Numbered from the stretch's first letter, positions 47,927-58,046 are shown. The stretch is 64,000 bases of DNA from Candidatus Omnitrophota bacterium (GCA_903901225.1 CAIUQE010000049.1:5003-69002), one strand, 5' to 3'. Notes: generated by a model from the letters alone, not told the origin. Numbers and translations: made by a program.

Positions 47927-49417
47927 ATGCTAAAGATTGGTTTCTTTTGTCCTGGGTATGAGAGTTTGGGAATCGAGTTTCTTTCCGCCTCGTTATGCCG
48001 GCAAGGGTTTGATACGAAACTTTTTTTTGATCCTGTTTTGTTCTCTGAAAGCAACTTCATCGATCAAGCATGGTTAGCGCATTGTTTTTCATTTCGTTGC
48101 AAGATCCTTAAGGATTTGAAAGAATATTCTCCTGATATGGTTTGTTTCTCTGTTATCAGTGATAATTATCAATGGGCTTGCCGTTGGGCTAAGGATGTAA
48201 AGGCAGCAACAGGGGCGCGTATTATTTTCGGAGGGATACATCCCACATCAGTTCCGGAGAATGTTATTCATGAACAATATGTCGATTATATTTGTCTGGG
48301 GGAGGGGGATGGGGCTTTGGTTGAGTTAGCCCGTGCCATGGCTAATGGCGGCGACGATACCGGCATCCGGAATATATGGAAAAAACAGGGACATGAAATT
48401 TATCGGAATCCTTTGCGGCCGTTGGTCAGTGATCTGGATTCTTTGCCTTTTCCTGATAAGGGAATCTTTTATAAAGCGTATCCGATCTTTCGTGATGGAT
48501 ATTTAACAATTACCTCGCGGGGCTGTCCATATTCATGCGCGTATTGCTGTAATAATGTCTATCATGAATTGTATAAAAGCGACTCTTCATATTTTCGTCG
48601 AAGAAGTGTCGGGCATGTGATGGCGGAATTAGAATTGGCTAAGCAGTGCTATAACCCTCGTTATATTGCTTTCGCCGATGATTGTTTCAATCATCGTGGG
48701 CCGTGGTTGCAGGACTTTCTCCAGCACTACCGCCATAAGGTCGCACTGCCGTTTTCTTGTTATTTGTATCCCGACATGGTTGATGAAGATCAAGTGCGCC
48801 ATTTAAAGGAGGCCGGATGTTTCAAGGTGCAGATGGGGATGCAGGTTATTTCTCAGGAGAAGCGCAACCGCATTCTTGGCAGGCGCTCGTCACAGGATAA
48901 TATTGCCCGTGCCATCGATCTTTTTCGTCGCTATGATATTTTTGTTGTGTGTGATGCTATTTTTGGATTTCCGGATGAAACCGAAGATGAGCTGGCTCAG
49001 CTAGCTCGATTTTATATTGATCATCCACCGGACCATTGCGAGAACTTTTGGCTGCGTTATTATCCGGGGACCGAGATAACACGTTCGGCGCTGGCAAAGG
49101 GATATATTGATGAGCAGCGGTATGCCGCCATTGAGTCTGGAGCACTAAAGTTTGGTCTTTGCAAGCGTCCGGAACAGCCTGTTGGCACAACGTATGCATA
49201 TCAGATCAGGATGCTGTTGATGCTTTATCCGTTTTTTTCTTATAATATGAGGGAATGGTGGCTTGAAAAGAGGCGATATCGTTACATTCCAGTTATTTCT
49301 TCGATGTTAATGTATGTTTTTGTTCGTTTGTTGCATCATCCGCCGTTAGATTTGAATTCCCAGAGGACATGGCGACGGTATGTATATTTCATTAAACTGA
49401 AGTGTTTTGGCGTATGA
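47927..49417 (+). CDS. B12-binding domain radical SAM protein (class B rSAM, probable methyltransferase)
   Basis: N-terminal cobalamin-binding Rossmann-like segment (GYESLGIEFLSASLCRQGFDT...GGIHPT). rSAM motif RGCPYSCAYCCN. Confidence 0.8.
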   Translation: MLKIGFFCPGYESLGIEFLSASLCRQGFDTKLFFDPVLFSESNFIDQAWLAHCFSFRCKILKDLKEYSPDMVCFSVISDNYQWACRWAKDVKAATGARIIFGGIHPTSVPENVIHEQYVDYICLGEGDGALVELARAMANGGDDTGIRNIWKKQGHEIYRNPLRPLVSDLDSLPFPDKGIFYKAYPIFRDGYLTITSRGCPYSCAYCCNNVYHELYKSDSSYFRRRSVGHVMAELELAKQCYNPRYIAFADDCFNHRGPWLQDFLQHYRHKVALPFSCYLYPDMVDEDQVRHLKEAGCFKVQMGMQVISQEKRNRILGRRSSQDNIARAIDLFRRYDIFVVCDAIFGFPDETEDELAQLARFYIDHPPDHCENFWLRYYPGTEITRSALAKGYIDEQRYAAIESGALKFGLCKRPEQPVGTTYAYQIRMLLMLYPFFSYNMREWWLEKRRYRYIPVISSMLMYVFVRLLHHPPLDLNSQRTWRRYVYFIKLKCFGV

Positions 49418-49498
49418 AGGATTTATTGTCGTATTACTTGAATTGCAGGATAAACGGGCCGTTTTGTTCTAAACATGTATCGTTTGAAAGTGAGATCG

Positions 49499-50863
49499 AT
49501 GGCACGCGATAAAAAAATTGAAGTTGATTTGTTGATCCTGGGGGCGGGGTGGAGTGGACTGCTTGCTGCGTTATTATATTCAAGAGAAAAGAAAGGCAGT
49601 GTTCTAATCCTGGAAAAAGAAGCATTGTTTGGCGGTCTGGCGCAGACGATGGATATCCAGGGGTTCAAAGCCGATATCGGTGGGCATGCGCTTTTCTTCA
49701 AAAAAAAGGAGAATATTTCCTTTCTTAAGGAAATCATGCGCGAGGATATTTTGATTTTACGCACGAGAAAGGCCAGGATTTATATCGAAGGGAAGTATCT
49801 TCATTACCCTCCTAATCTTGATTTTGTTTGGAAATTCAACAAGAAATATTTATTGGGCATCTTGTTTGATTTGTTTAGGTTTAGATCAGGCAAGAAAATA
49901 TCAAATTTTGAGGATTGGGTCAAATTTCATTACGGTGAGACGCTTTACAGACTAGTATTTAAGGAATATTCTCAGAAAGTTTGGGGCCAGCATTGCGCCG
50001 GGCTGTCTTATTCCTGGGCTGAAAACCGCATAGGCAAGGATGGTTTGCTTAATTTCTTTTTGAATTATTTTTTTAAAAAGAGTACCGTAAAAGAAAGAGA
50101 TAAATGCTTTTATTATCCCCAGCTCGGGATAGGTTCGCTGGTTACGGCTTTGCAATCACGCTTGAGCTGTGATGTACAAATGACGACAGGTGTCAGTCTG
50201 GTCGGCTTTTCCATGGATGGCGCTCGGCTTTCTTCCCTGCGATATCTTTCGGAGGGTAATACGCACGAAGTTAACTTTAAGGAGATCATCTCAACGATTC
50301 CATTAACTGAGCTGGTGCCGGCTATTCCTGATATTCCTTCGGTCATTGTTGAAGAAGCAAAAAATGGAATAAGGTATCGGAGTTTGATCATGGTTTATCT
50401 TATTATCGACAAGCCTATTGTTTCTGACTGGTCCTGGTGCTATTTTCCGTCCGAAAAGTTTATATTTTCTCGAATTCATGAGCCAAAGCTTTGGAGTGAA
50501 TCTTTGGCTCCGGAAGGAAAAACGCTATTAAGCGTCGAAATATTTTGTGATCATATGGATAGTCGTTGGAATATGGATGACGCGTTGATCATTGGGAAAG
50601 TGAAGGATGCCCTGAAAGTAGTCGGATTGCTGAGCGTTGAAGACAGCTTTGTTCATGCACAGATCATGAGAGTCAAATATGCCTACCCTTTGCTATATAG
50701 TGGGTTTGAAGTACCGCTTTCCCGTGTGAAGGATTGGTTGAACAATTATATCAATTTGCATCTGGCGGGAAGAAACGGGACGTCTTCGTATTTTGACATG
50801 GAAGATTGTCTTGACGATGTCAAGAAGGTAGTGCGCCGGTTAATTGATAAGGGGGCTAATTAA
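49499..50863 (+). CDS. FAD/NAD(P)-binding oxidoreductase (amine-oxidase / PPOX / UDP-galactopyranose-mutase-like fold)
   Basis: The dinucleotide-binding motif LILGAGWSGLLAA comes immediately after the chosen start MARDKK. Confidence 0.65.
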   Translation: MARDKKIEVDLLILGAGWSGLLAALLYSREKKGSVLILEKEALFGGLAQTMDIQGFKADIGGHALFFKKKENISFLKEIMREDILILRTRKARIYIEGKYLHYPPNLDFVWKFNKKYLLGILFDLFRFRSGKKISNFEDWVKFHYGETLYRLVFKEYSQKVWGQHCAGLSYSWAENRIGKDGLLNFFLNYFFKKSTVKERDKCFYYPQLGIGSLVTALQSRLSCDVQMTTGVSLVGFSMDGARLSSLRYLSEGNTHEVNFKEIISTIPLTELVPAIPDIPSVIVEEAKNGIRYRSLIMVYLIIDKPIVSDWSWCYFPSEKFIFSRIHEPKLWSESLAPEGKTLLSVEIFCDHMDSRWNMDDALIIGKVKDALKVVGLLSVEDSFVHAQIMRVKYAYPLLYSGFEVPLSRVKDWLNNYINLHLAGRNGTSSYFDMEDCLDDVKKVVRRLIDKGAN

Positions 50864-52141
50864 ATGATCAGAGGCAGCATGAGAAGAATATTTGTTTTTT
50901 TTATTGGAATAATCACGGCGTTGTTCTTGTTGGAGGTTGGCACAAGACTTTTTGGTCATATTTACCAGATGAATCGCAGTATTTCCGTTCGCCCGTTGCT
51001 GCAAGGCCAGTCCAAGCCTTTTATTATTTTATGTTTAGGGAATTCTTATACTGCTGGCGATGGTGCGCTTCCTCACATGAGCTATCCGGCACAGTTAGAG
51101 CGCATGTTTGCGTCGCGAATAAAGGATAAAGATGTTTTGGTTATTAACGAAGGAGTCGGGAATCAGAATACGGCTGAATTACTAAGGGCCTTGAAGTCAA
51201 ATATTAAGACATACCACCCTGAACTTATCATTCTTCAAACGGGTCAACCCAATAGTTGGAATTATTTGAAATATACCGACTACTTAAGAAGAGGCAAGAA
51301 GGACGTAACTTTTCTTGAACAGCTTAGTTATTATTTGAGTGAATTCTTGCATGAGAGCGTCAGCTACAGGCTTTATAGTTTGTTTCGTTATAATGGAGCC
51401 CATGACTTTCTCTCTTTCACTTCGGGGTTTGAGAATGAAAAAAAGTATCAGAAATTCGTAAAATTCAGAAAGGAAAGGGAAAACGCTGGAAACTACGCGG
51501 CTGTGGATCACGCGCAGATGGTTGAAGCTTTGGATTTATTTATGAAAGCGATAAAAGCCCACCCGGGGCATCCGCAAAATTATTTTGAAGTAGCGTTCCT
51601 TTATAGAATTCAGAATAATTATAAGGAAGCGGTGAAATGGTATTTGAAAGCATATGATGTTGCCTTGGCGAGTGACTGGCGTCCGATGTTATTTCAAGCA
51701 TCTAAACGTATCAGAGACATTCGCTATATGGATAAAGGTTTGCAAATAAATAAAGAAATCAATGAATTTGTATCTTTAAAACCAAATCAAAGAATTAATT
51801 TTATTGGTTTAGAAGAGTCGGATGTTTCTGAATGGGTGATGTCGGATATTAAAGAAGTTGTCAGGATTATTCAACATGAAAAGATCGTGTTAATTATACA
51901 AAATTATCCCAGAGCCTTCCCTGTTAATGTGGTTTTGTCAACAATAGCCAAGGACTTAAAGTTGCCTTTTGTGGATAATTATGACATTTTTAATGGAAAA
52001 ATAGCTCAAGGGATTGCTGAAGAAGAATTGTTCGTTCCCGATAATCATTGTAGTGCCAAAGGTTATGGGGTGATAGCAGAAAATTTGTTTAATAAAATTA
52101 TGGAAGAGGGATTTCTTAAAGTGGTTGATAAAAAACGATGA
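50864..52141 (+). CDS. SGNH-like protein paralog A (TM anchor, GNSYT block, TPR-like middle, conserved C-terminal ...HC..GYG... segment)
   Basis: MRRIFVFFIGIITALFLLEVGTRLFG...ILCLGNSYTAGDGA...SYPAQLERMF. It shares this architecture with 58423 and 59860. Confidence 0.65.
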   Translation: MIRGSMRRIFVFFIGIITALFLLEVGTRLFGHIYQMNRSISVRPLLQGQSKPFIILCLGNSYTAGDGALPHMSYPAQLERMFASRIKDKDVLVINEGVGNQNTAELLRALKSNIKTYHPELIILQTGQPNSWNYLKYTDYLRRGKKDVTFLEQLSYYLSEFLHESVSYRLYSLFRYNGAHDFLSFTSGFENEKKYQKFVKFRKERENAGNYAAVDHAQMVEALDLFMKAIKAHPGHPQNYFEVAFLYRIQNNYKEAVKWYLKAYDVALASDWRPMLFQASKRIRDIRYMDKGLQINKEINEFVSLKPNQRINFIGLEESDVSEWVMSDIKEVVRIIQHEKIVLIIQNYPRAFPVNVVLSTIAKDLKLPFVDNYDIFNGKIAQGIAEEELFVPDNHCSAKGYGVIAENLFNKIMEEGFLKVVDKKR

Positions 52142-52188
52142 TGCCTAAGAATTAATGGTGGCGGATTAATACAGCGATGCCGTAGTGT

Positions 52189-52986
52189 ATGAAGAATTAT
52201 CTGACATTTGATTGGGAAGAATGGAGTGATACAGCTTCGATGGAGGGATGGAATTCTTCTGCCACATCAGTGAAGATACTGCAATCTGCCACAGAGCGTA
52301 TTCTGGAGATGATAAGGCCTCTTTCGGCAACTTTTTTTGTACTGGCGACCCGCGTAAAAGAGCATGTTGCTTTGATCAGACGAATATCTAAAGATGGACA
52401 TGAGATTGCCCTGCATGGGCTTGAGCATGTGCCGATGTCGCGGTATTCCCCGGTTAGATTCAGAGAAGATATTTTGACCGCGAAAAATATCGTAGAAGAT
52501 ATTACAGGTGTGCCGGTGATCGGTTTTAGAGCGCCTAATTTTTCAATGACCGTTCAACATCGATGGGCATTGGATATCCTTTTCTCGTGTGGGTTTAAGT
52601 ATGACTCGAGTATGTCGTTGCGTGTTTTTCGTGATTATTCGCGCAGGGGTTGTCTGCCGATACGGGAGGTTCCCAGGTCCGGTGTTGGGCCTGGAATGCT
52701 GCCATTGCCTTTCGGTGGCGGCGTTTTTTTGAGGATATATCCGTATGCCTGGACGCGTTCCTGGATTCGTCAGGCAAACGCATGTGGCGAACGCTCAATG
52801 GTTTATGTTCATCCCTGGGAATTAGATGCTTCATGGATGAAAGTGCATCGGCTTCCCTGGCGTGCACGAGCTTTGATGGGATCCGGGGTCGCCGCAGCGA
52901 AAGAAAGGCTTTCTAGGCTTTTGAAAGACTTTTTGTTTGGCAGTATTAGAGATATTCTCGATGATGAAAAGGTCAATGATAGATGA
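52189..52986 (+). CDS. Polysaccharide deacetylase family protein (NodB-homology; resembles the exosortase/PEP-CTERM-locus subfamily)
   Basis: ...LTFDWEEW...ATFFVLATRVKEHVALIRRISKDGHEIALHGLEH...GFRAPNFS... Confidence 0.7.
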   Translation: MKNYLTFDWEEWSDTASMEGWNSSATSVKILQSATERILEMIRPLSATFFVLATRVKEHVALIRRISKDGHEIALHGLEHVPMSRYSPVRFREDILTAKNIVEDITGVPVIGFRAPNFSMTVQHRWALDILFSCGFKYDSSMSLRVFRDYSRRGCLPIREVPRSGVGPGMLPLPFGGGVFLRIYPYAWTRSWIRQANACGERSMVYVHPWELDASWMKVHRLPWRARALMGSGVAAAKERLSRLLKDFLFGSIRDILDDEKVNDR

Positions 52987-53858
52987 CAGGCAGGTTATCC
53001 TCCAGTGAACCCTCATTTACTATCATTATCCCCGTGTTTAACGAAGAGAGATCGGTGCGTTTGGTTGTTGATCAGGTGTGCAGTTATTATCCGCAGGCGG
53101 AGTTGATTGTGGTTGATGACGGCTCGACGGATGCAACAGCGTCCATGCTTGAAGATACGTCTGTCCGTGTCTTAAGGCATGAATATAATCGTGGATACGG
53201 CGCGGCCCTTAAAACAGGGATTGCTGCGGCAATGCGCGAGGTCATTGTGACCATTGATGCTGACGGGGAGCATATGCCGGAGGATATCGGTATTTTGATC
53301 GGGGCTCTGCCTGGTGTCGATATGGCTGTCGGTTCGCGGAGGGGGGGGGGATTTCCCGGGATGATAAAAGTTTTAGGCCGAATGGTTTTTGTTTGGATTT
53401 CATGTTTTTTGGCATCGGCCAGGATACCAGATATTAATTCGGGACTTCGGGCTTTCAGGAAGAAGTCCGTGATGAAATATTTGCATATGTTTCCGGACTC
53501 TTTTTCTTTTCACACGACAAGTACAATGGCGATCCTTTTTTCCGGCGGATGTATTAAATATATTCCTGTAAATATTTGCCCAAGGATTGGTGTGAGTAAA
53601 GTCCGCCTTCGTGATGGGTTGATCAGCCTGAGGTATGTGATCATGTTGGCCGCTAAATTTCGCCCGTTCCGGGTATGGACGGGTATTTGGGGGGTGCTGA
53701 TCGTTATCCTTTGTGGCATTTTGATCGTGGTGTCATTGCCCAACATGATCAAGGTCCTAGTAATGATTGGGCTGATTAGCACAGGTGTGATTTCCGAACG
53801 ATTATCTCAAGACAAGAAAATGACGGAAAAGATTCTCAAGGTGAACAAGTTTGTCTAA
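52983..53858 (+). CDS. GT2 family glycosyltransferase (polyprenol-phosphate sugar synthase type) containing an in-frame G10 homopolymer
   Basis: FTIIIPVFNEERSV...VVDDGSTDAT...TIDADGEHMPEDI, with C-terminal TM helices. The G10 tract is at 53341-53350. Confidence 0.8.
   Translation: MTGRLSSSEPSFTIIIPVFNEERSVRLVVDQVCSYYPQAELIVVDDGSTDATASMLEDTSVRVLRHEYNRGYGAALKTGIAAAMREVIVTIDADGEHMPEDIGILIGALPGVDMAVGSRRGGGFPGMIKVLGRMVFVWISCFLASARIPDINSGLRAFRKKSVMKYLHMFPDSFSFHTTSTMAILFSGGCIKYIPVNICPRIGVSKVRLRDGLISLRYVIMLAAKFRPFRVWTGIWGVLIVILCGILIVVSLPNMIKVLVMIGLISTGVISERLSQDKKMTEKILKVNKFV
53341..53350 (+). repeat. Poly-G (G10) homopolymeric tract inside the GT2 coding sequence (encodes RRGGGF). It is a candidate slipped-strand phase-variation site, currently in the ON frame.
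   Basis: Read directly: cggagggggggggga. A G10 run is conspicuous in a ~40% GC region. Confidence 0.6.
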
Positions 53859-55242
53859 AGTCCTCCTATTAAATCCGCCCAATGACTTGCTCTGTATGCG
53901 GGATTACTTCTGCAGCAAGATCTCAAAAGGGGCGCATTGTTACCATCCGGTAGATTTTGTTGTGCTGAGCGGGATCCTTTCGGCGCAACATCAACTTTCT
54001 CTTGTTGATGCAGTTATCGAACGGCTTGATTTTAAAGGGGCTTTGGATGCTGTTCGGCGCTGTAATCCGGATGTTATTATTTTTCTGACTGGAGTTGTAT
54101 CTTTTGAAGACGATGGTCCATTCTTATCTGAAGTTGCACGCTTGACGAATGCCCGCATGATAGGTCTCGGGGATGTTTTTTTGGAGTCGCCAGAAAAGAT
54201 ATTTGATCTTTGGCATTGGCTCGATGCCGTATTGCTGGATTTCACCACCGATGATGTTTTACGGTTGGTGGCTGATCAGTTGCAGGCGACGAAAAATGCT
54301 ATCGTACGGATGGGGGATGGACGGGTGGTTTCATTTCCCATAGTTCATGAGAAAGGTGATTGGGCGTTGATGACGCCTCTGCATGAGCTTTTTTTATCGT
54401 TAAATTATTCATTTCCTTTTTCTCGACGAAATAAGTTTGCTACGGTTTTGACAAATTTTGGATGTCCGTACGCGTGCGACTATTGTACGGTAAGCCGATT
54501 TGCATACAAGGAAAGAGCTGTTGAAGATTTGCAACTTGAATTTAATAAGTTGCAGGACTTGGGTATTAAAGAGATTTTTTTCAAGGATCAGGCCTTTGGA
54601 ACAGAACGAAAAAGGATTCTTAAGATTTGTGATGAACTTTCTAATCGCAATGTCCCTTTCGGGTGGACATGTTTTCTAAGACCGGAATTAGCAGATCCAA
54701 TAATTCTCGAAAAGATGGCTTTGGCGGGATGTCACACAATTATTTTTGGTGTTGAGAGTGGCGACGAAGTTGTTAGGAGTATCTACCGCAGAGAATACAC
54801 GGATCGGTTGCTGAAAGATATTTTTTCCCTGTGTCGACACTTTGGGATCGAAACCGTTGCGACATTTATGATGGGGTTGCCCGGGGAAACACGCACATCA
54901 CTTGAGAAAACAATCCGTTTGGCAAAGGCACTGGAATGTGACTATGCCTCCTTTAATGTTTTTGTTCCAGCTTACGGGACTTCGTTGCGTAGGAGGTTGA
55001 TCGCAGACGGGATAATACCGGGTGGTTTTATGTTTATGGATAGCGGGGTCAGTCGGCCATGTTTTTCAACAGATTCCTTGAATGCTGATGTCGTTTGGAG
55101 CATGCGCAACAAGGCATTAGCTGAGTTTTATGCACGGCCATCTTTTTTGATAAAAATGATATTAAAAGCGGGAAGTTTTTCAAGGTTGTTGTGCCATTTA
55201 AAAGAAGGTTGGGCGATTATGATGTCAAGGGGAAGCATATGA
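53851..55242 (+). CDS. B12-binding domain radical SAM protein
   Basis: N-terminal B12-binding-like segment. rSAM motif FGCPYACDYCTVS. Confidence 0.8.
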   Translation: MSKVLLLNPPNDLLCMRDYFCSKISKGAHCYHPVDFVVLSGILSAQHQLSLVDAVIERLDFKGALDAVRRCNPDVIIFLTGVVSFEDDGPFLSEVARLTNARMIGLGDVFLESPEKIFDLWHWLDAVLLDFTTDDVLRLVADQLQATKNAIVRMGDGRVVSFPIVHEKGDWALMTPLHELFLSLNYSFPFSRRNKFATVLTNFGCPYACDYCTVSRFAYKERAVEDLQLEFNKLQDLGIKEIFFKDQAFGTERKRILKICDELSNRNVPFGWTCFLRPELADPIILEKMALAGCHTIIFGVESGDEVVRSIYRREYTDRLLKDIFSLCRHFGIETVATFMMGLPGETRTSLEKTIRLAKALECDYASFNVFVPAYGTSLRRRLIADGIIPGGFMFMDSGVSRPCFSTDSLNADVVWSMRNKALAEFYARPSFLIKMILKAGSFSRLLCHLKEGWAIMMSRGSI

Positions 55243-56855
55243 GTAGGAAGTCAAATGGGATGGCATCGTTTGTTTTTGTTTGTGCCATTGTGCTTTTCTC
55301 AGTTTTTATTGTTTTTTATTGTCAATCCGCTGGCTTGGGAAATCCTTACGCGGTCAATGATGATGCGCGGCAGTATTTGTTCCCGTTTTTTAGTTGGTCG
55401 GATCCAAGCCTTTTTCAAGCTGACCTGATAGCTAATTATGCCTCGTCGGTTACCCCTTTGGGAGTAAAGGCCGTTTATTGGGGCTTTCTACCCTGGTTGG
55501 ACGTTGTTAGTATTTCCAAGGTTCTGCCGTTTCTCCTGTGTCCCTTAACAGCCGTTTTTTTGTTTCTGACGGGACGGCGGATATGGTCGGCAACAGCGGG
55601 GACGTTTACCGCTGTATGTCTGGTGCTTTATGCGTGGCATATCACCTGTTTCTCCGGCGGATTCCCGCGCGCCTTCGGATTTCCTTTGTGCGCACTTTTT
55701 ATGTACCTGTGTGCATCCAGGAGGTGGTTTTACGCAGGTGTTGTGTGCCTCTCCCAGGCGTTTTTTTATCCGCCGTTGGCTTTGGTGTGCGGCAGTGTTG
55801 TGATCATATGGCGTGTTGCTGAAGAAAAAGAATGTGTAAATTGGGTTAAGGTGTGGATGGTGCTTGTCGTTATGATGTTGGGGTTGGTGGCCGTGGTATT
55901 GACCAGCCGTGTTTATGGCAGTCCATGGTTTGGGAAGATGTACACATGGACTGAGATGCGGCATATGCCGGAGTTCTTTCTTGATGGCCGGACGCCGATC
56001 TTCGTTGACAATTGGCATCGACTGACAACAGATCTTACGATCCAGGAACGTGTGTGGGGTATCGATGCGGCGTCACCGCTATCTGGTTTGATGGCTGTTC
56101 TTTCTGTGATCGGCGTTTACTTGTTCTATCGCGGGGTATTAAAGATGCCGGCGTTCATCATGGCAGGTTTCATGGCTGCCGTGGCGTGGTATTTTTTGGC
56201 CTGGTTTCTTTTGCTGGATCTTTTTTTACCTGGGCGAATTCTGAAATTTGTTTTACCAGTGATGTTGGCCCTTGTTTCAGGGGCAGTATGGTCTTGGATG
56301 GCCCAACAGTTTAATCGTCTGGGGGCGGTGTTTTTCCATTTGGCGACAGCATATTTACTTTTTTCATTTTCCTGGCCGTTATTGCTGCCGCAAGTCTATG
56401 ATTACTCTGAGAATAAGGATCTTTACGCGTTTCTTTCTACATTGCCAAAAGATGCAGTGATCGCGGGACATCCTCGTGAAATGGATGGCGTTCCCTTGTT
56501 CTCTAAAAGGAGAGCGTATGTTATTGAAGAACTGTCGTTACCGTTCAACCGTTCTTATTACAAGGAGATTCAAAGACGGACGGTAGCGGTATTTTTGATC
56601 TATTACGCAACCAACAAGGTTCAGCTAAAAGAGGCTTGCGCTCGGGAGCATATCCGCTTCATTGTGATCAGGTCAGCGGATTTTGAAAAAGCTTATTTAA
56701 ATCGCGGTGTGTTTTATTTGGAGCCTTATAATGCAATCATTAAGAATCTGATTGCGCGGGAACATGGACAAGGATTTGTGCTTGAGAGCGTTAGAGACAA
56801 GGCAGTTGTCTTTAAATCGAAGGATGTTCGTGTTATTGATGTCAGTATGATGTAA
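55239..56855 (+). CDS. Polytopic integral membrane protein of unknown function (candidate glycan polymerase, flippase or GT-C-like component)
   Basis: More than ten hydrophobic helices. No MBOAT His motif was recognised. The start is taken at ATG 55239 (MSRKSNGMASFVFV...). Confidence 0.5.
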   Translation: MSRKSNGMASFVFVCAIVLFSVFIVFYCQSAGLGNPYAVNDDARQYLFPFFSWSDPSLFQADLIANYASSVTPLGVKAVYWGFLPWLDVVSISKVLPFLLCPLTAVFLFLTGRRIWSATAGTFTAVCLVLYAWHITCFSGGFPRAFGFPLCALFMYLCASRRWFYAGVVCLSQAFFYPPLALVCGSVVIIWRVAEEKECVNWVKVWMVLVVMMLGLVAVVLTSRVYGSPWFGKMYTWTEMRHMPEFFLDGRTPIFVDNWHRLTTDLTIQERVWGIDAASPLSGLMAVLSVIGVYLFYRGVLKMPAFIMAGFMAAVAWYFLAWFLLLDLFLPGRILKFVLPVMLALVSGAVWSWMAQQFNRLGAVFFHLATAYLLFSFSWPLLLPQVYDYSENKDLYAFLSTLPKDAVIAGHPREMDGVPLFSKRRAYVIEELSLPFNRSYYKEIQRRTVAVFLIYYATNKVQLKEACAREHIRFIVIRSADFEKAYLNRGVFYLEPYNAIIKNLIAREHGQGFVLESVRDKAVVFKSKDVRVIDVSMM

Positions 56856-56919
56856 TGTAAAAAACTCATTATTACCCATAAAAAGCATATAATTTTTTAT
56901 ACTTTAGAGGTGATGAAAC

Positions 56920-58038
56920 ATGCGGTTAATTGCTTGTACGTTCGGTTGCTTGACAACCAGCATTAAAAAACTATTCCTGCTTTATAGACTGGGATTAGCC
57001 AGGATGACGTTTTTGAAATTGTTTCGTGTGATCGTGTACGTGTATCGGACAAAGATCCTAAGAGTAGAATGTCCCGGAGCTATTATCATAGGTCTTACAT
57101 ACCGCTGTCAATGTAAGTGCGTCCATTGTTCTGTCGGTCTTTATTCTGTTGAACCTGAGCATGAAATGAGCGTTGATAAAATAAAATCATTGTTGAATCA
57201 GATTGTGAAACTTAACATCCCTAAAGTTAATTTCTTTGGCGGTGAACCGCTGCTTCGAGGAAGAGATTTAGTGGCGCTTGTTCAATATGGGAACGATTTA
57301 GGTCTGCATATTTCCGTAGACACTAATGGAATTGCATTGGCAGAGGGATTTTCCAGAGAATTAAAGGAGGCAGGGATAAACAATATAAATATAAGTGTTG
57401 ATAGTGCGGACAGGAATATTCATGACAATTTAAGGGGTTTTGAGGGGGCCTTTGACAGCGCGATGACAGCGATAAAGAATTGCCTTAATGAAAGAATTCC
57501 CTGTGTAATTTCAACATATGCTTCTAAAAGAGCCATATATTCCGGAGATTTGAACGAGATAATAACTTTGGGCAGAAGAATGAAAGTATCTGCCGTTAAA
57601 ATATTGCTTCCTATCATGTCCGGCAGATGGGCGCATAGTGAGTGTGAACGATTGAGCCAGGAAGAAAGGAAGAAAGTGAATGACATGCTTGACCCAGGAT
57701 TTGTGTATTTGGAAAGTCCTTTGTTTAGTGTGAAGTCGGACAAGAAAATATGTGAAGCTTTGGATAAGAAAATGGTTTATATTTCGCCCCATGGGGATGT
57801 CCAGGCTTGTTACGCCGTTCCATTTTCCTTTGGTAATATCAATAATGAAGCTCTTCATGCAATACTGGCAAGAATGTGGTCTAGTGAATTCTTTTGTAAA
57901 ATTGGCAATGATCACGAATGTGTTATGAATAATCCGCATTTCAGGAAAATCGTAGGGCCTGAATTGGATAAAGCCTCCGGCTTTCCTATAAATTATCAAA
58001 AGATAGATACGGCCTGCCAGGGTTGTACCAAAATTTAG
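56920..58038 (+). CDS. Radical SAM / SPASM-domain protein with a ~55-aa hydrophobic N-terminal extension
   Basis: rSAM motif LTYRCQCKCVHCSVG (C-x3-C-x2-C). C-terminal Cys-rich SPASM-like region ...GDVQACYAV...IDTACQGCTKI. It is a paralog of 61136-62161. Confidence 0.75.
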   Translation: MRLIACTFGCLTTSIKKLFLLYRLGLARMTFLKLFRVIVYVYRTKILRVECPGAIIIGLTYRCQCKCVHCSVGLYSVEPEHEMSVDKIKSLLNQIVKLNIPKVNFFGGEPLLRGRDLVALVQYGNDLGLHISVDTNGIALAEGFSRELKEAGINNINISVDSADRNIHDNLRGFEGAFDSAMTAIKNCLNERIPCVISTYASKRAIYSGDLNEIITLGRRMKVSAVKILLPIMSGRWAHSECERLSQEERKKVNDMLDPGFVYLESPLFSVKSDKKICEALDKKMVYISPHGDVQACYAVPFSFGNINNEALHAILARMWSSEFFCKIGNDHECVMNNPHFRKIVGPELDKASGFPINYQKIDTACQGCTKI

Positions 58039-58046
58039 ATCAAAGG

